From Macrostomum hystrix (lineage: Eukaryota > Animalia > Platyhelminthes): 64,000 nt of DNA. A program made the position numbers and the translations under genes. This document shows positions 1 to 13,177 of this stretch, piece after piece (the first letter of the stretch is position 1; each line of letters starts with the position of its first letter). The notes under the pieces are model-generated. The model saw only the letters and a list, made by a program, of their open reading frames with translations, had not been told where the DNA came from and made no database searches. The stretch covers positions 6,262,001 through 6,326,000 of the forward strand of contig CATNEN010000007.1 of assembly GCA_950097015.1 (NCBI GenBank), given 5' to 3'.

Positions 1-231
1 TCAGTAACGTGCTCATAAAAGCTCTGACAAGAATGAAAAAAATTAACATGGAATATTGTAAGTTTATTGGGAATAAAAGATTAGGTCACAAAACCTGACT
101 TCACGGATACCACCTGACTACAACACCCAACTGATGAAAGGCAAAGCACTTCAAAGGTCTCCAGATGGATACCTGATCCCCTTTGCTCGGATAACTCGGA
201 ATTATCTGATCCTCATGAGAGTTCTGATGCC

Positions 232-625
232 CAGGTGAGCTCTGATACCCTGGTGAGCTCTGACCCTCAGGTGAGCTCTGATCTTCAGGTGAGCTCTGAT
301 CCTCAGGTGAGCTCTGATACCCTGGTGAGCTCTGATCCTCAGGTGAGCTCTGATCCTCAGGTGAGCTCTGATCCTCAGGTGAGCTCTGATACCCTGGTGA
401 GCTCTGATCCTCAGGTGAGCTCTGATACCCTGGTGAGCTCTGATCCTCAGGTGAGCTCTGATACCCTGGTGAGCTCTGATACCCTGGTGAGCTCTGATAC
501 CCTGGTGAGCTCTGATACCCTGGTGAGCTCTGATCCTCAGGTGAGCTCTGATACCCAGGTGAGCTCTGATACCCTGGTGAGCTCTGATCCTCAGGTGAGC
601 TCTGATCCATGGGTGAACTCTGATC
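232..625. repeat. 18-bp minisatellite (CAGGTGAGCTCTGATCCT / CTGGTGAGCTCTGATACC variants), ~21 copies
   Basis: Direct tandem periodicity with two interspersed unit variants; degenerates into both flanks. Confidence 0.95.
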
Positions 626-919
626 TACATAAATATATACAGACAATACTACCGTTGATATAAACAAACAAAACAATGAAAGGGAATAGTGAGAGTATTT
701 TTGTCTAGAATTTTACTGTGCTTTTTCATTTTACGTAAGACAGAAAATATTATTTCAATTTTTTATATCACAGGCAAGTATCATAATGAGATAATTTTAT
801 AAATTAAATAGCTGGTTCATCCCACGCTGCTCAAAACTATCAAGATTTTCAAAACTGTAAGGGTCTTCGAGTTTGAATGAAGTGGGAGTTCGGATGAAGC
901 CAGAAGCCAACTGGCTGCT

Positions 920-1903
920 TCAATTGACCGGAGCTGGCGACACCGAGGCGCTCCGACGGTTCAGACTGGCAGCTGACCGCTGGTGGATGGCGCCGCTTGC
1001 CTCCGTCATGGCGACGCTGGTCGATGTCATTCTACTCAGACTGCTTATCTGTTCGTCATCGGCCTTGCTGGCGGCAGCTTCGGCTTCGGCAGCTTCGGCG
1101 GCGGCCTCCAATGGCAGGCCGATGACAACCTCGTAGACCCAGGCTCCGATTAGGGCGCCCAGGTAGGGACCAATCAGAGGAATCCAGAAGTAGTAGTTGT
1201 GCTCGCGGAACACGTCAGGCCCGTAGCCAATCAGCATGGCGGCCACGCGGGGCGCGAAGTCTCTGGCCGGATTGAGGCAGGTGCCGGACACCACCAGCTC
1301 GGAGATGATGAGCCCGGTGACCAGCAAGCTGGTGAGCATCGGCTGCAGGGCGACCGGGGCTGCCAGGTTTCGCGGATCAGAGATGGCGCGCACGCCGACA
1401 AGCAGCAGGGCGGTGCCAACGAGCTGGTCGGCCATGCCGATGCCGTTGCTGACCAGCTGGTGCGGCGCTGTGTAGAAAATTGTCCCGGTGCCGTTGACGC
1501 CGGAGCCGACACGAACACCACCGTCGACACCGTCGAGCATCTGGTGGTAGAGCAGGTAGACGGTGAGGGCGCCGAGGAAGCAGCCGAGAAACTGCGCGGC
1601 CTGGTACAGCAGCAGGCAGGGTAGGCTGAGCTTGCCCAAGCTGAACATGGCCAGCGAGACGGCCGGGTTGAGGTGGGCGCCCGACAAGCGGATGCTGACC
1701 GTGATGCCCGCCATCACGCCGAAGCCATTACCGAAAGCTACAGCCGGGATGAAGTTGGCGATGCCCTGACTTTGAGTGACTGTCGCCAGGGCGGTGCCGA
1801 GCTCCACGATGGTCAGGAGAACGTAAGTTCCGAGCAGCTCACTAAGGAACAGCTGGGCGTACCGGTTACGTATGAGCAGAGAGCGGCGCGAGACGCTCAC
1901 CAT
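920..1903 (-). CDS. Aquaglyceroporin (MIP family, AQP3/7/9/10-like), intronless, 327 aa
   Basis: [10 protein letters not shown] and [10 protein letters not shown] (two NPA boxes, Asp after the second NPA typical of glyceroporins), six hydrophobic helices, FWIPLIGP motif. Confidence 0.93.
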   Translation of the reverse strand: MVSVSRRSLLIRNRYAQLFLSELLGTYVLLTIVELGTALATVTQSQGIANFIPAVAFGNGFGVMAGITVSIRLSGAHLNPAVSLAMFSLGKLSLPCLLLYQAAQFLGCFLGALTVYLLYHQMLDGVDGGVRVGSGVNGTGTIFYTAPHQLVSNGIGMADQLVGTALLLVGVRAISDPRNLAAPVALQPMLTSLLVTGLIISELVVSGTCLNPARDFAPRVAAMLIGYGPDVFREHNYYFWIPLIGPYLGALIGAWVYEVVIGLPLEAAAEAAEAEAAASKADDEQISSLSRMTSTSVAMTEASGAIHQRSAASLNRRSASVSPAPVN

Positions 1904-1914
1904 GTCTGACTGAC

Positions 1915-2160
1915 TGGTTGGTTGGTTGGTTGGTTGGTTGGTTGGTTGGTTGGTTGGTTGGTTGGTTGGTTGGTTGGTTGGTTGGTTGGTTGGTTGGTTG
2001 GTTGGTTGGTTGGTCGGTTGGTTGGTTGGTTGGTTGGTTGGTTGGTTGGTTGGTTGGTTGGTTGGTTGGTTGGTTGGTTGGTTGGTTGGTTGGTTGGTTG
2101 GTTGGTTGGTTGGTTGGTTGGTTGGTTGGTTGGTTGGTTGGTTGGTTGGTTGGTTGGTTG
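1915..2160. repeat. (GGTT)n/(AACC)n microsatellite, ~61 units
   Basis: Near-perfect tetranucleotide run (one substitution near 2015) ending ~11 nt before the aquaporin ATG. Confidence 0.98.
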
Positions 2161-2280
2161 CTCAAACTTACTCAAACGTATTGATTCCAGCAAACTATTG
2201 GGAATGCGAGCAGTTTGAGCTCAGGCCTGCCGACCCCAAGTCACGTGCTGTCACTTTGAGCAGACAAGCCTAGCCCTCGG

Positions 2281-2288
2281 TTCTTATA
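2281..2288 (-). promoter_or_regulatory. Candidate TATA box of aquaglyceroporin (TATAAGAA)
   Basis: Motif ~120 nt upstream of the microsatellite; position only. Confidence 0.3.
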
Positions 2289-3086
2289 AGCTGCAGCAGC
2301 TCCTCAGTTGGTCGGTTGGCAAACTGGGTCAGCTAGGCTGCCCGTCTTCGCAGCCCCGAACTTGTGCTCTCGCCTTCGCATGCTGATTCTAGGTGCCGCT
2401 CGGCCTGATAAAGCCAGCAGCGGCCCAACCTCATTTGCGATATTGACTCCGATGGGCGAACGGACTCAGCGCTACAGTTGTTGTGAAGTTGTGCCAATTT
2501 TCATAGAGTGCCGCACTTCAGAGAAAAAACTTTGCGTTTTAGTCTGCCTTATTTCAGGTTAGCAGGTATTTTCGACCTGTTGGCTCTACTTATGACTTTT
2601 CAAGACCTCATTCTCCATGCCCTCTATCTCTCCTTATCTTTCTAATTTTTTAACCAAGCCGCCGACCTCATTGCTGTCTTTGCGTTACCTGTCTTACTTG
2701 CTATCCCTTGCTTTTGCTTCTGTTTTGCCATCTCGACAATATATCATCAGCAGTCTTGTATCAATGCATGAAAAGGCCATCAGAGAGATTTGGCCGTATT
2801 TTCTCAAGTACTCCCTCTTGGGATTACATTCGCTCGTAGAAGCGTTGGAGAAATCGCGACCAAACAAAAGTTGATAAATGTTGTTGAAAATTCGCTTCTT
2901 AGCTCGTATCAAATCGCTCTAAAATCCCGTGAGCTCAGTTTATCAACTTTTTTCTCCGCTTCTCCAGAATTTTATTAAAAATTAAAACACAAAAATGGAC
3001 ACCCGTACATGCTCGGGGGAGAGACAAAATGTTCCGACTGTTAGACCGCGAGGACAGCGACTTTGCAGCTTATCTACTCTAAAGGC

Positions 3087-3093
3087 TATAAAA
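3087..3093 (+). promoter_or_regulatory. Candidate TATA box (TATAAAA) of GR-like gene
   Basis: Canonical motif ~115 nt upstream of ATG 3204. Confidence 0.4.
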
Positions 3094-3203
3094 CCGAGAG
3101 ATTGAGATATGGCTGTGCTTGATACGAGCCCTGATAAACCAGGCTGCGAGACAGGCTTCTGAGCTGCAAATCTAATTTTAGTCTGATCCGGCTGTCATTC
3201 ACA

Positions 3204-5982
3204 ATGCGTCGATGGCAGAGCCTCGAGGACTTCAACAACAGCGACAATGAGGAACCGAGCGTCGATCAGTGCGAATTGGGCAAACCCCCTGTTGCCGACT
3301 GTAATAGCAACAGGGACGGCGACGGCGAGAGTGACGGCGACAATCACAAAAGAAAAACTGGCATCCTGCCCCGGTCTCTATCGCTGCACGGACAGCAGCG
3401 GCGGATGCAGCGGCGGCTTCGGCGTCGTCAGCGGCACAGGACGGCCGAATCAAAGACATCGCCAGCTGAAATTTCCAGTTCATCGGTGACGCCAGCGATG
3501 CTGACTGTGGAGAATACGGTCGGTGGCAGGCGGCGAAAACGCGGCATCAGCGAAGTGTCGTCTGTTGGGTCCGCAGTACAGCGCCTTTTCTACGAAAATG
3601 AGGCCTTTCAGTTGGACGAGGACCGAGTGGCTGTCGTTGTCTCTGCGACTGCCGCTGTGGCTGCCGCTGCAGAGCTGGGGGAGAGTCCGTTGGCGGCAGC
3701 GGCTGTTGAAATCCCAGCCACTCTGGTCATCCAGTCCGCGGACACAGCCGAGGAGGCGATGGAGACGGACACCTACGAGGAACTTGTGACGCTGCGTATT
3801 GACAGCCTTCGGCACTGCTCCGCGACGCTCCCGGAACTGCAACTTCATCGGTCGTCAAGCCGACAGCGACGACGTCGAGTAGGCGTGTCGCCGCCGACGC
3901 CGGAGCTGCTGGAGACACTGCAGCGACTTAAGCGCTCGGCAGGCGACGACTCGGATGAGTCAGCGGCTTATACAACCGATTGTGGAACCGTGACACACGG
4001 TCGACAGTCGTCACTAGTTTCTCACGCTGAGGACGCGGGCAGCATCTACTACGGAGTGCCCCGGCTGGGTCCGCCGCTGTCGGCGAATCCCCGCCTGCTC
4101 TCGGCACCGAACCTGGCGCACATGCGGAAGGCCTCTCGCCAGTCGCTGATCAGCGAGGCCGGCGGCTCAGTGACCAACCGGCTCGACAGGAAGTCGGCGG
4201 CCCAGCGGGCGGTGCGGCTCGATTACCAGTTTGCCTCGTCCAGCGCCCGGCACTCGCTGCAGAAACTCGGCCAGCGGAGCCTCGCACAGCTGGAGGACAT
4301 GGCGCACATCGGCCAAACCGAGCAGGGCACAAACTTCCGGCGGAGCTACGTGTCACTCTACAGCCCGCTGCACCCGCTGTTCATTGCGCTGAAGCTGTTC
4401 GGTGTGTTCCACACGCGCCAGAAAGGCGGCCGGGCGGCGCTAAAGTTTACGAACAGCTACGTGTACTGCGGCCTCGTGCTGCTGGCCTCGTGGTTCAACG
4501 CGCTGCGCTACTTCTTCGTGTACGACTGGGGCCAGGAGAAGTTCGACTCGCTGCTCTTCTTCAAGCTGACGCAGCACGCCATCTACATCCAGACGGCGGT
4601 GGCTGCCTCGGTGATGTTTCGTGCCTCGGGAAAATTTCCGCGCTTTTTCAAAGCCTGCCACGAGTTCATGGGCAAGAGGCACAATCTAGCCTACAGGTGA
4701 TTGAGAATGGGTTCAGGAAGTACTTAAGCTGCAAGTGCTCATAAGATCTACATCCAGCATCTATTCCCCTTCATCCTTCTCAGGGCCGCGCTAAGCCGAC
4801 GAACCAAAGCCACGGTAGTGCTTGGAGCTGCCGTGATGGCGGTGGAGCTGTCCACCTACCTATCCTGGGTGGTGCGAGCTGACAGCGAGTTCCTGAGAGT
4901 CTTCTTGCGGCCCTACACGCTCATCATGCCCTGGACAGACGTCAGCCGCGGTGTGCTCACCACCGTGTCGTTCCTCTTCAGCGCCTTCTCAGCGGCGGCC
5001 TGGGTTTACCCGGCCCTGCTGTTCTGCAACTTCACTTGGATTTTTGAGCGCGAATTTCGCCACCTGGCGCACCGCCTGCGGTTGGCCTGCACCAACGATC
5101 ACATCTTCATTGGCGACATCGAGAAGTTCCGCGCAGAGTCCTGGCGCATCAGCCGCCTCGTCACCAAACTGGACGATCTGTTCAACTTCTACGTGTTCAT
5201 CCTGTTCCTGACGGACGTTCTGAGCGTCTGCCTCATCCTGTACAACCTGGTGGTGGGCCAATACCCAAACGATGGCTCGGTGGTGCAGGCCTGGTTCTGG
5301 CTGCTGGCAGCTCTCGTGAGACTCTTCGGCGTCACCGTCTCGGCCGCCAAGGTCAATCAGGCGGTGAGCGAGGGCGCCAAGCCGCCTACTCACAGACAGA
5401 TGCGTGAATTTTTGTGCTACAAGCACCCAACGCTTGCATTTCAGGCTTGCTCACCGCTGAACATCATCCAGGACATGAACCTCCGCGATTATGCCGTGAA
5501 CCCCGCCAAGATCAGTCAGGTAAGACGCCTATCTAATCTATTCAAGGTGCCATTAGTCAATTATTTTAGCTAATTAACTAGCTTTGCCTCAACAGCTGAT
5601 GATCTTCCTGAACAAGCTGACCATTGGCAACATCGGCTTCACCGTCTGGAATTTGTTCACACTCTCCAGGACCAGCACGCTCACTGTGAGTTCACTGGAA
5701 ACCTCCACTCACTTCCATGGTCATCCTGTTGTAGCGTGCAGTCTGTGAGGCTGCTCGCTACTCACTACTCGTCAGTAGCAGCTGTTCCCACACCCGCCTC
5801 GCCATCCGCAGATAGCGGCCATGATTCTGTCGTACACGTTGCTGTTCGTGAAGCTGGGCGCCTCGTACGGCCAGGACGATCGGCTCCGAGTGCCGACCAC
5901 TGTGGCAGCCACCGCGGCCACCACCTTCGGACTGAGGCAAAACAATGCTAGCGATGTGACAGCGCCGTACTGGCCTCTCTGA
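3204..5982 (+). CDS. Gustatory receptor-like (7tm_7/GRL) protein; exons 3204-4696, 4784-5363, 5445-5519, 5596-5685, 5812-5982
   Basis: Phase-consistent GT-AG introns; PLFIALKLFGVF TM1 region; C-terminal FLNKL..IGFTVWNLFTLSR..IAAMILSYTLLFVKL matches the GR-family TM7 region; three terminal phase-0 introns; AATAAA at ~6002-6011. Confidence 0.8.
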
Positions 5983-6252
5983 TATTAACTTGGTTTTGTA
6001 AAATAAATAAAGTATTTTTGCTACTACACAATGCCAGCACTGCAATACATAATTCGTGTCTGCTTTATCCTTAATAGGCTACTTCGAATTAGATTATCAT
6101 TTTTACCCTCTGCTATTTGCAACTGGGGTACTTTATTATTTTCCCTTTCTTATTTCTCACGTTCAACGCTCGTCCGATAGGTAATCAGATCACCTTGAAG
6201 CCTTTGGGCCTTCGTCTAAGCTTCTATATTTAGTCTTGCGGGATTTAAAAGT

Positions 6253-7989
6253 CCACAGCACATAGTTCTCAATTTAGATTTTAAACTCTTATTTCTATGG
6301 CCAAGGCTCAACCCATGCATGCTAACTAGGGCTCAGAGAGAAAGAATGAATAGAGCGGGCAATCTACGGTAAAATCCCATCCGCCGAATTGTTGAAAATG
6401 TGTCTAGTTTTCATATTGGGGAATCCTGGGCCAAAGAATCGATAGTCTCAAATTTTCTCTGCAGTGAATGAAAGCAGCCACTCTTCATGTGTACTGAAGG
6501 AAGTTTCAGCTATTCATTCATGACGAAGGGCAGTGATGCCAGTTTCCAATCATTCCCGTCAGACGTTACACGACGGAGAGCATGGATTATCGCAACTCGT
6601 CTTTCGTAACTGGACCTGAAGGGAAAGTTTTTACGAGCGTATGTCACTTTACACCCGACAGCTTTGTTCGGTCTGACGAGTCCATTATTCCGCTGAAGAG
6701 AATCAGGCTCCATGGCAACGCAATTCCTTCGATTTTCACTTTTACGTCCGGTCTGGGGCTGGCACCAGCAAAACGGCGGAAGACAGCAAACTCAGTGGCC
6801 GCAGATTACAAGGACCCTCTGGTAGATTCTCAACTGGTCCGCGTCGTGAGGAATGCAAGCCTACCGGCGATGCAACAGGAGCAAGCAATTCCAAAGGAGG
6901 TGGCCTCCATGACTGACCCAGTTGCGGAGGTGACGACGCTGCAGAAGCTGGTCAGTCGGAAGCTACGGGGCGAGAATGAACGGCAAAGACGCGCTATTAA
7001 AACAGCTGCACAATGACAAGCGCAATCTGCGTGTGAAGTTGAGCCGGGCAGTGAGCAAATGTACGTCTATGAGTGAACTGGCGAGTCGCTTGCAGAAAGT
7101 GGGCGCAATTTCCGCTGGTCTGCGTGCAGTGCTGAAGAAACAACAGTGTTCATCTGACATTCTGAATGAACTTATGACGCGCCGACCAGGCGACTCGTTC
7201 TCAGCTAATGCACGCAAGTTTGTGTCGAATCTGTTTTTTCTGAGTCCCAATGCTTTAACATATATTCGTCGGCACCTGCGTCTGCCGAACCCTCGCACCA
7301 TTCGCCGCTTGTTACCGCATTTCAATTTTAATCCTGGCTTCACAGATAAGGCATTTTATTTGCTAAAGAGACAATCCGCGGTTATTACTGAATCCGAACA
7401 GTTCACGTTTTGCTCTTTGCTGTTTGATGAAATGTCTTTGAAGAAGAGTTTTGATTATGACCATCATTGGGATAGATTTGTTGGTTTTGTTGAGTTCACT
7501 CCTCAACCACAGCCCGAAAACTCGGTTGCTGCTACAACAGTTTTTGTCCTATTAGCAGTGGGAGTACTGAAATCATGAAATTTCCTACAACTGTTAAATG
7601 GCATATTTGACGGGCTCACAGTTCCTTATTCACTGATTACACCTGCTGATTACTTATCCATGCAGTTTACCACTCACAGCCAATACACATATAGATAGAC
7701 ATCGATAGACATAAGGCTGCTTCCAGTTTGTGTTGAAAACGCAGATTTTCAAACACCAACTCAAACTACGCGTGACTCCTCAACTTAAACTTCGATGAAA
7801 GCAGTTACTGAAGCATGGGCCTTTGCTAGGGGACTTTGTTTTTCGAGGCTATCGATTTTTGTGCTAAAAATAGCCTCCGGGAAAACCGACACGCGAAAAC
7901 CATAGATGGCCCGCTCTCTTCATACGTTCTCACTGACTAGGCCAGATATAGCTATGCTTGCCAATGTAGAATAAAACTATGGTCTATGG
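6253..7989 (+). mobile_element. Degenerate THAP-domain/P-element-like DNA transposon (frameshifted, truncated transposase ~6487-7578)
   Basis: THAP-like SFPSD..RRRAWI..CHF..LHGNAIPSIF; P-transposase-like LSPNALTYIRRHLRLPNPRTIRR..PGF..LLFDEMSLKK..FVGFV; split over three frames; imperfect inverted repeats 6333-6370 / 7899-7936 (32/38). Outer ends approximate. Confidence 0.75.
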
Positions 7990-8080
7990 CTGAATTGTAT
8001 AGCTAAACTGCGTCTGTGCGTCCTAAATCTGCCATTTTAGATATGTGAATGTGAGATCAGGGCGGCCTTTTTTTAAAGGC

Positions 8081-10084
8081 ATGTCGCTGAAGCTGTTTCA
8101 ACAGTTCCTGCGCGTCGAGATCGCCCGACAACCGAGCCTAGCAGAGGCGCTCAAATGTAAAGGCGGCCTGAGCCGTTGCAGTCAGCTGTTTGAGGAAGCT
8201 TTGGCTAATCTGCATTATTGGCTGATTCGGCGGGCTGTGCAGCTGCTTTTTTCGCGAGCCAACGAAGCTCGGTTGCGCCAATTGAATGCAGCTGCGCCTG
8301 GCAGAACGTCTACAGAGGACAGCTGCCGCACGGGTGAGACTAGCTACGCAGGCACGGACTCTACGTGCTCCGCAACGCATAGCAGGAACGTTAGCCCGAC
8401 CTGCTCACTGCACTTTCAGTGCTCACATCTCAGCGACAATCGGCACACAAAATTCGATGGCAACGCTCAATGGGACACTCAGTCTAACAATTCTCGGTGA
8501 GCTAAGACACATTTTTTATTTCGAAACTGATAGCGATGATCAGGCAAAAAAGCTGAATTAGCATTGCTTAATATTTCTACGAAGAATGAAATTTCTCGCA
8601 GAAGTTTCAGAGAGATGCAAATTTCGCCAAGAAATCGCGGATGTGAACTGGACTGTCCCAGCATCAGCAGCAACTGCAGCAGTAACGCCAGCAGAACTAA
8701 TGGGGCCAAGAAGTATCAAAAGCGATCAGTGCCTCAGAATACTCGACCGCAGCAGTGTCGGCAGACGTCGGTTCAGCCCTCAATCACCCCTCAATCACAA
8801 CCTGTCAAGCAGCATAGGTATCAACCGCAATCGGGAATAAGCGCTCATCCTTCTCGGAAATTGCCACCGCAGTGGCCGCCGACAATGACAACGCAGGCGG
8901 TCCCGCCCCAGCCGGAGCCGGAGTTGCGCGAAGGCCCGTCTTACAGCTACCCAACGGTTGGCAAGCACAATCGCCAGGTCATGACCAGCTGGTACGTGGC
9001 CAATATGGACGCCCTGCTAACCAACCTGATGCGCCTGTTTGATAAGATCTACACCGACACTCTGCGAATGTGCGGCACAAGTCCAAGCGCTCTGCTGGAC
9101 TTCAAAAGTGCCTTGCCGGACCCCACTCTGCTAAGCATGCAGCAGCGGGCTGGTGGCGATTGGCGGCCAAATTTTATGAGCTGCAAGATCGACTTCTTGC
9201 TGCACATTGCCACCATGGTTTATCGGAACACGCAAGACCTGCGCTGCGGCTGCCCGTGCCCAGAGCCAGCCGACCCGTGCGCTCCAAGAACTCAACCAGC
9301 GCCTTGCAGGTTAGCTTTCACAATAGCTTTCGCAAATCACAATATATATTGACGGTGGACGCGCAAACAAAAATTAAAATTTGCTCTTGATGATATTGTA
9401 GTTACATTTTGTACGCTTTTCAGGTTAAATCAGGCGTTTCCTGAGAAGCAAAATCAACGCGGATCGCAAAAGAAGAAGCAGCACCAACACAAGGCAGCAA
9501 ATCAATCAGTCAATCGAAACAGTGCAACAGTGGCCGATTTGTCATACGAAGTCGAACTCGACAAATTCAGCGAAAGCAGCAAGCAACACATTTGCCTAGG
9601 TCAGGACGCTCAAAGACACAGCTGCGATGCTCGATCAGCCAGCGAGAGCACGTGGACCAACCAGTGCAACAGCAGCAATGGAAGAAGTGTGCTCAGCAAG
9701 ATTAGCTGGCTCAGGTCCAGTCAGGCGCGGCAGCAGCGGCAAAAAGCTGTCTATAATATAGAAAAGTCGTTTCAGTTTGAAACGTCTTCGAGGAAAGATG
9801 CCAGAACAAATAGCAGTGAAGGGTCCGACTCAACAAAGACTCGAAGAACTAGTCGAGCTATCAAACCAGCTGCGGCCATTGTGCGGGAAATGAGGTGCCA
9901 CCGGCAGAAGAGACCCAAGAGATATGTGGTCGTGTTGAGATCCAAAGCGTTTGTAATAAAAAGTTATTCGACCAGCGAGTCCGACAGTTCAACTTCCGCC
10001 ACTTTGCAGCCGTCAACTGACAACAACGCGACAGGCGATGCAAAAACTGCAGACTATTGCTCAACTGTTGACCTGCTCCACTAA
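8081..10084 (+). CDS. Uncharacterised protein; exons ~8041/8081-8496, 8602-9309, 9424-10084
   Basis: Three long ORFs joined in frame by two phase-2 GT-AG introns; no family recognised. Confidence 0.55.
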
Positions 10085-13000
10085 GACTGTCTTGTCTGTT
10101 ATTTTCTCTTACATGCATATCTAATATCAGTTTAACTTTTTAACACACAACCTTTTTCTAAATAAGTGGGTCATCGTGGGCAGGTGGTGCACATTGTCCG
10201 GGAGAACAGGACGGCAAAGACATTCTACTTCTCCTAAGTGAGTAGGAAGCTCCGAGTAGTCAAATAACAACATAGAATTTCTATCCAGTAATACTAAAAC
10301 CACATATTCGTACAGCACTTATGTATGTGTGTGCGTGTATATTTGATGTCTTGCTTTTTCCCCTTTCTAAATTGCCTAGTGTTCTGAGCCTACACGCGCC
10401 ATTGCTATTTGGTAACAGCACATTTTATACCACTTTTAACAGATACTAAATACCACAGAAAATTCATTAATTAAAATGCATACATTTACAAAAGTTTATT
10501 TTATCGAATAAAACGAAAGAACCGAATGACTTAATATGTTTGCGGTTACTTTAGGAACCACTTTATTAATACAATCATTGATGCTACTAGCGCCTAAACC
10601 CACTCAAAAATAGGCATTAACAGTGTCTAAAATAGAACACGCTGTGCAACTTTCTCGTCTGTGTTCTAGCTCTTCTGCACTTTTGTCTTGGGCTTCCAGT
10701 CTACTTCTTCCTCTGTCTGTGATCTGGCTCTTGCCCTCTGCCCTTAACATCTCTCCTACCACCGCCTTCTGATTGGTCGGCTAATCACCCTTAGCCTTGT
10801 TTTCTTACCCCTTTCTTACCCAACTCTCTTATCTTATCGTACCCCAACCCCCTCCAGCCAGGTTCTGGAGCACTATGGGGCACTGAATGTAGAATTTCCA
10901 GACCAGTGCAGGCTGACTGGCTCTCCCACAAAAAAATAACTTATTAGTTCAAAGCATAAACCCGAGAAAAGTTTTGTTGCAGACAAATAATATTTTTACT
11001 GAAGTTTCAAAATTATTCATTCCTCACTTTGCTGATATTTATAGCTAGCCGTAGTCAAGATTAAACTTCCAGAAATAGGCTTAACTAATCCGTGCAGCAA
11101 CCTCCCATAAATCACATAGTTACGATTCAAAGCCGCCTATAAAAATCTTGAAGAATGCCACATTGCTAAAGGCCTACTTGCTTACTAATAGTAGTCTGAT
11201 TGTAAAAAGGCTGCTTAAACTTAATTTCATCCATGAATTGAGAAAAAAAGCAACGTATGGCTTGTTTGAAGTGCAGTGATCGATTCCAAATTTTGGCGAG
11301 TAGCTCACTCTTATACTGAGTCCTTCAAGGGGCTGAACTCAAGTGTCCCCACCCTGTAACTGCTCCACCCAGTCCCGGATGAAAAGTGCACAGCAATAGA
11401 AAGAGCCTAGGTTGCAATAGGAACTATATGTGTCCTTTGTTTATCGATCGCTTGCCTTCTGTACTTTTATTTGTCACTGGGAATAATCTCGCATATGAGC
11501 TACTATTTTCCAACTACATTTGTAACATGAAACAAGTGTCTAATTATTATCTGCATCAACACTATTAAATAGTTGATTTATACGAAAATGCGTCAGAAAT
11601 TTAATGTGTCTTTTAGGTGCCGCCTTTTCTTTAAAAAAGCAAATAATTTGTTTTTCTTTGTAGCAAAGTTACGGGTTTTTCTAGTCCAATAAATTCGCCA
11701 AGAATCAAAATAGTAATGAATAACAAAGCTCGTAGCATATTTTATTGCCAAAATGCTTCTATGCCGAATTGCTAAATTGCCTCTATATTTTGACTACCAC
11801 CCGCCTAGTATTTAATTTGTCGCATGGATTGCAAAGCAGAAAAACAACAGCAAACAAAATTATCGAATGCATTAGCGCACAGCTGATTGTGTATCAAATT
11901 AACTGCCGTTGAGTTTTCAATCAAACACTTGGGCGAACGGACAAGAAATTGCTACAAAAAAATCTTTGAATTGTCAGTTGGTCGTTTGAAGCAAAAAAGA
12001 TGTTAATAAGAGGAGAAATAAAAAAATGCACTGAAAACAATGCTGAAACTAATAAAAACTAATACTAGAAGCACAGTACTTACTTTGCAGCTCTCGTGAA
12101 AAATAGTTCTTGTGGGCCTTGAGATCCCATTTGAAACAGCAAAAACAGCTATTAAGCTACTAAAAGTAGTTCTAATAACAAAATTGTTTATCAATATTTT
12201 TTGGTCGAAAAAAGGATTGTAATGTGTATTCTACTGCTGGTAAAACTAATAAGATTTTACTAAGAGATAAATAAGTGACGCAACTGTGTTAAGCAGATGA
12301 TAAGTCATAAAATACGAGTATATCTTCTTTTTTTCGCTATTTTCACTAGAGTCTCGAAAATGTTAAGTTTATTTGTTTCTTGAATCAGAAATTTTTAAGC
12401 TTGCATCAAAAAATAATTTTATAAAAATAAATATTGGATTTTAGGGTATGCTTTTTGACATTTTTAGAAACACGGTTGGAGAATCCCCTTCCAACTGCAT
12501 CAACTGAAACACGTGACCGACCGCAGCCAATGAGATTTCTAATGCCGACTTCGCCTACTTGAAGTGATTGTATCACATAACTGTTTAACACTTTCGTTGG
12601 TGAGATTCTATATTTTCGAAAATGTAACGTAACAACTTTGAACAAAAAAACTTTTGATGAAACACACAGTTCGACTGTGGCGAAGCAAAATTGCCGAGTT
12701 TCATAAAACCGATTTGAATTCGCGCGAACAATTATAAAAACATCGAGAATTCATTCGCTTTTAAAAATTAATTTAAAATAAAGTTTTCCGGTATCGTCTT
12801 TAAATAAATATCTTATTTGTTTTACTCCTTAGCGAGACTCAAACGACATTAACGGGAGAAATGTTAAAAGTCTGAGAACAATCTGGACTCCAACTGAAAG
12901 TCAGCTAAACAATTTTTTGTACAAAACACTGATGATATTATAGTACATGCTAAAGTAAAGAATTGAACAGGTTCACTGTGTGCTGTCATGGAGACATCTA

Positions 13001-13177
13001 AACTAGTCAAAGCTGGGACAAATTAGGCGGCAAATGTTAACAAACAGAAAAACTGACAATTGATCTGGCTGGCTGAGTTGCCGCGGGGTTGGGACAAAAG
13101 CGATTCAGTTTCCGAATATACACTGGCGAAGACGACAAGTCGATTGCTTGTTTGTGTTCGTGTCCTCTTTGTCTTTT

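Noticed and set aside
1866-2273. ORFs of (QPTN)n/(LVGW)n
   Set aside because: Translation artefacts of the (GGTT)n microsatellite.
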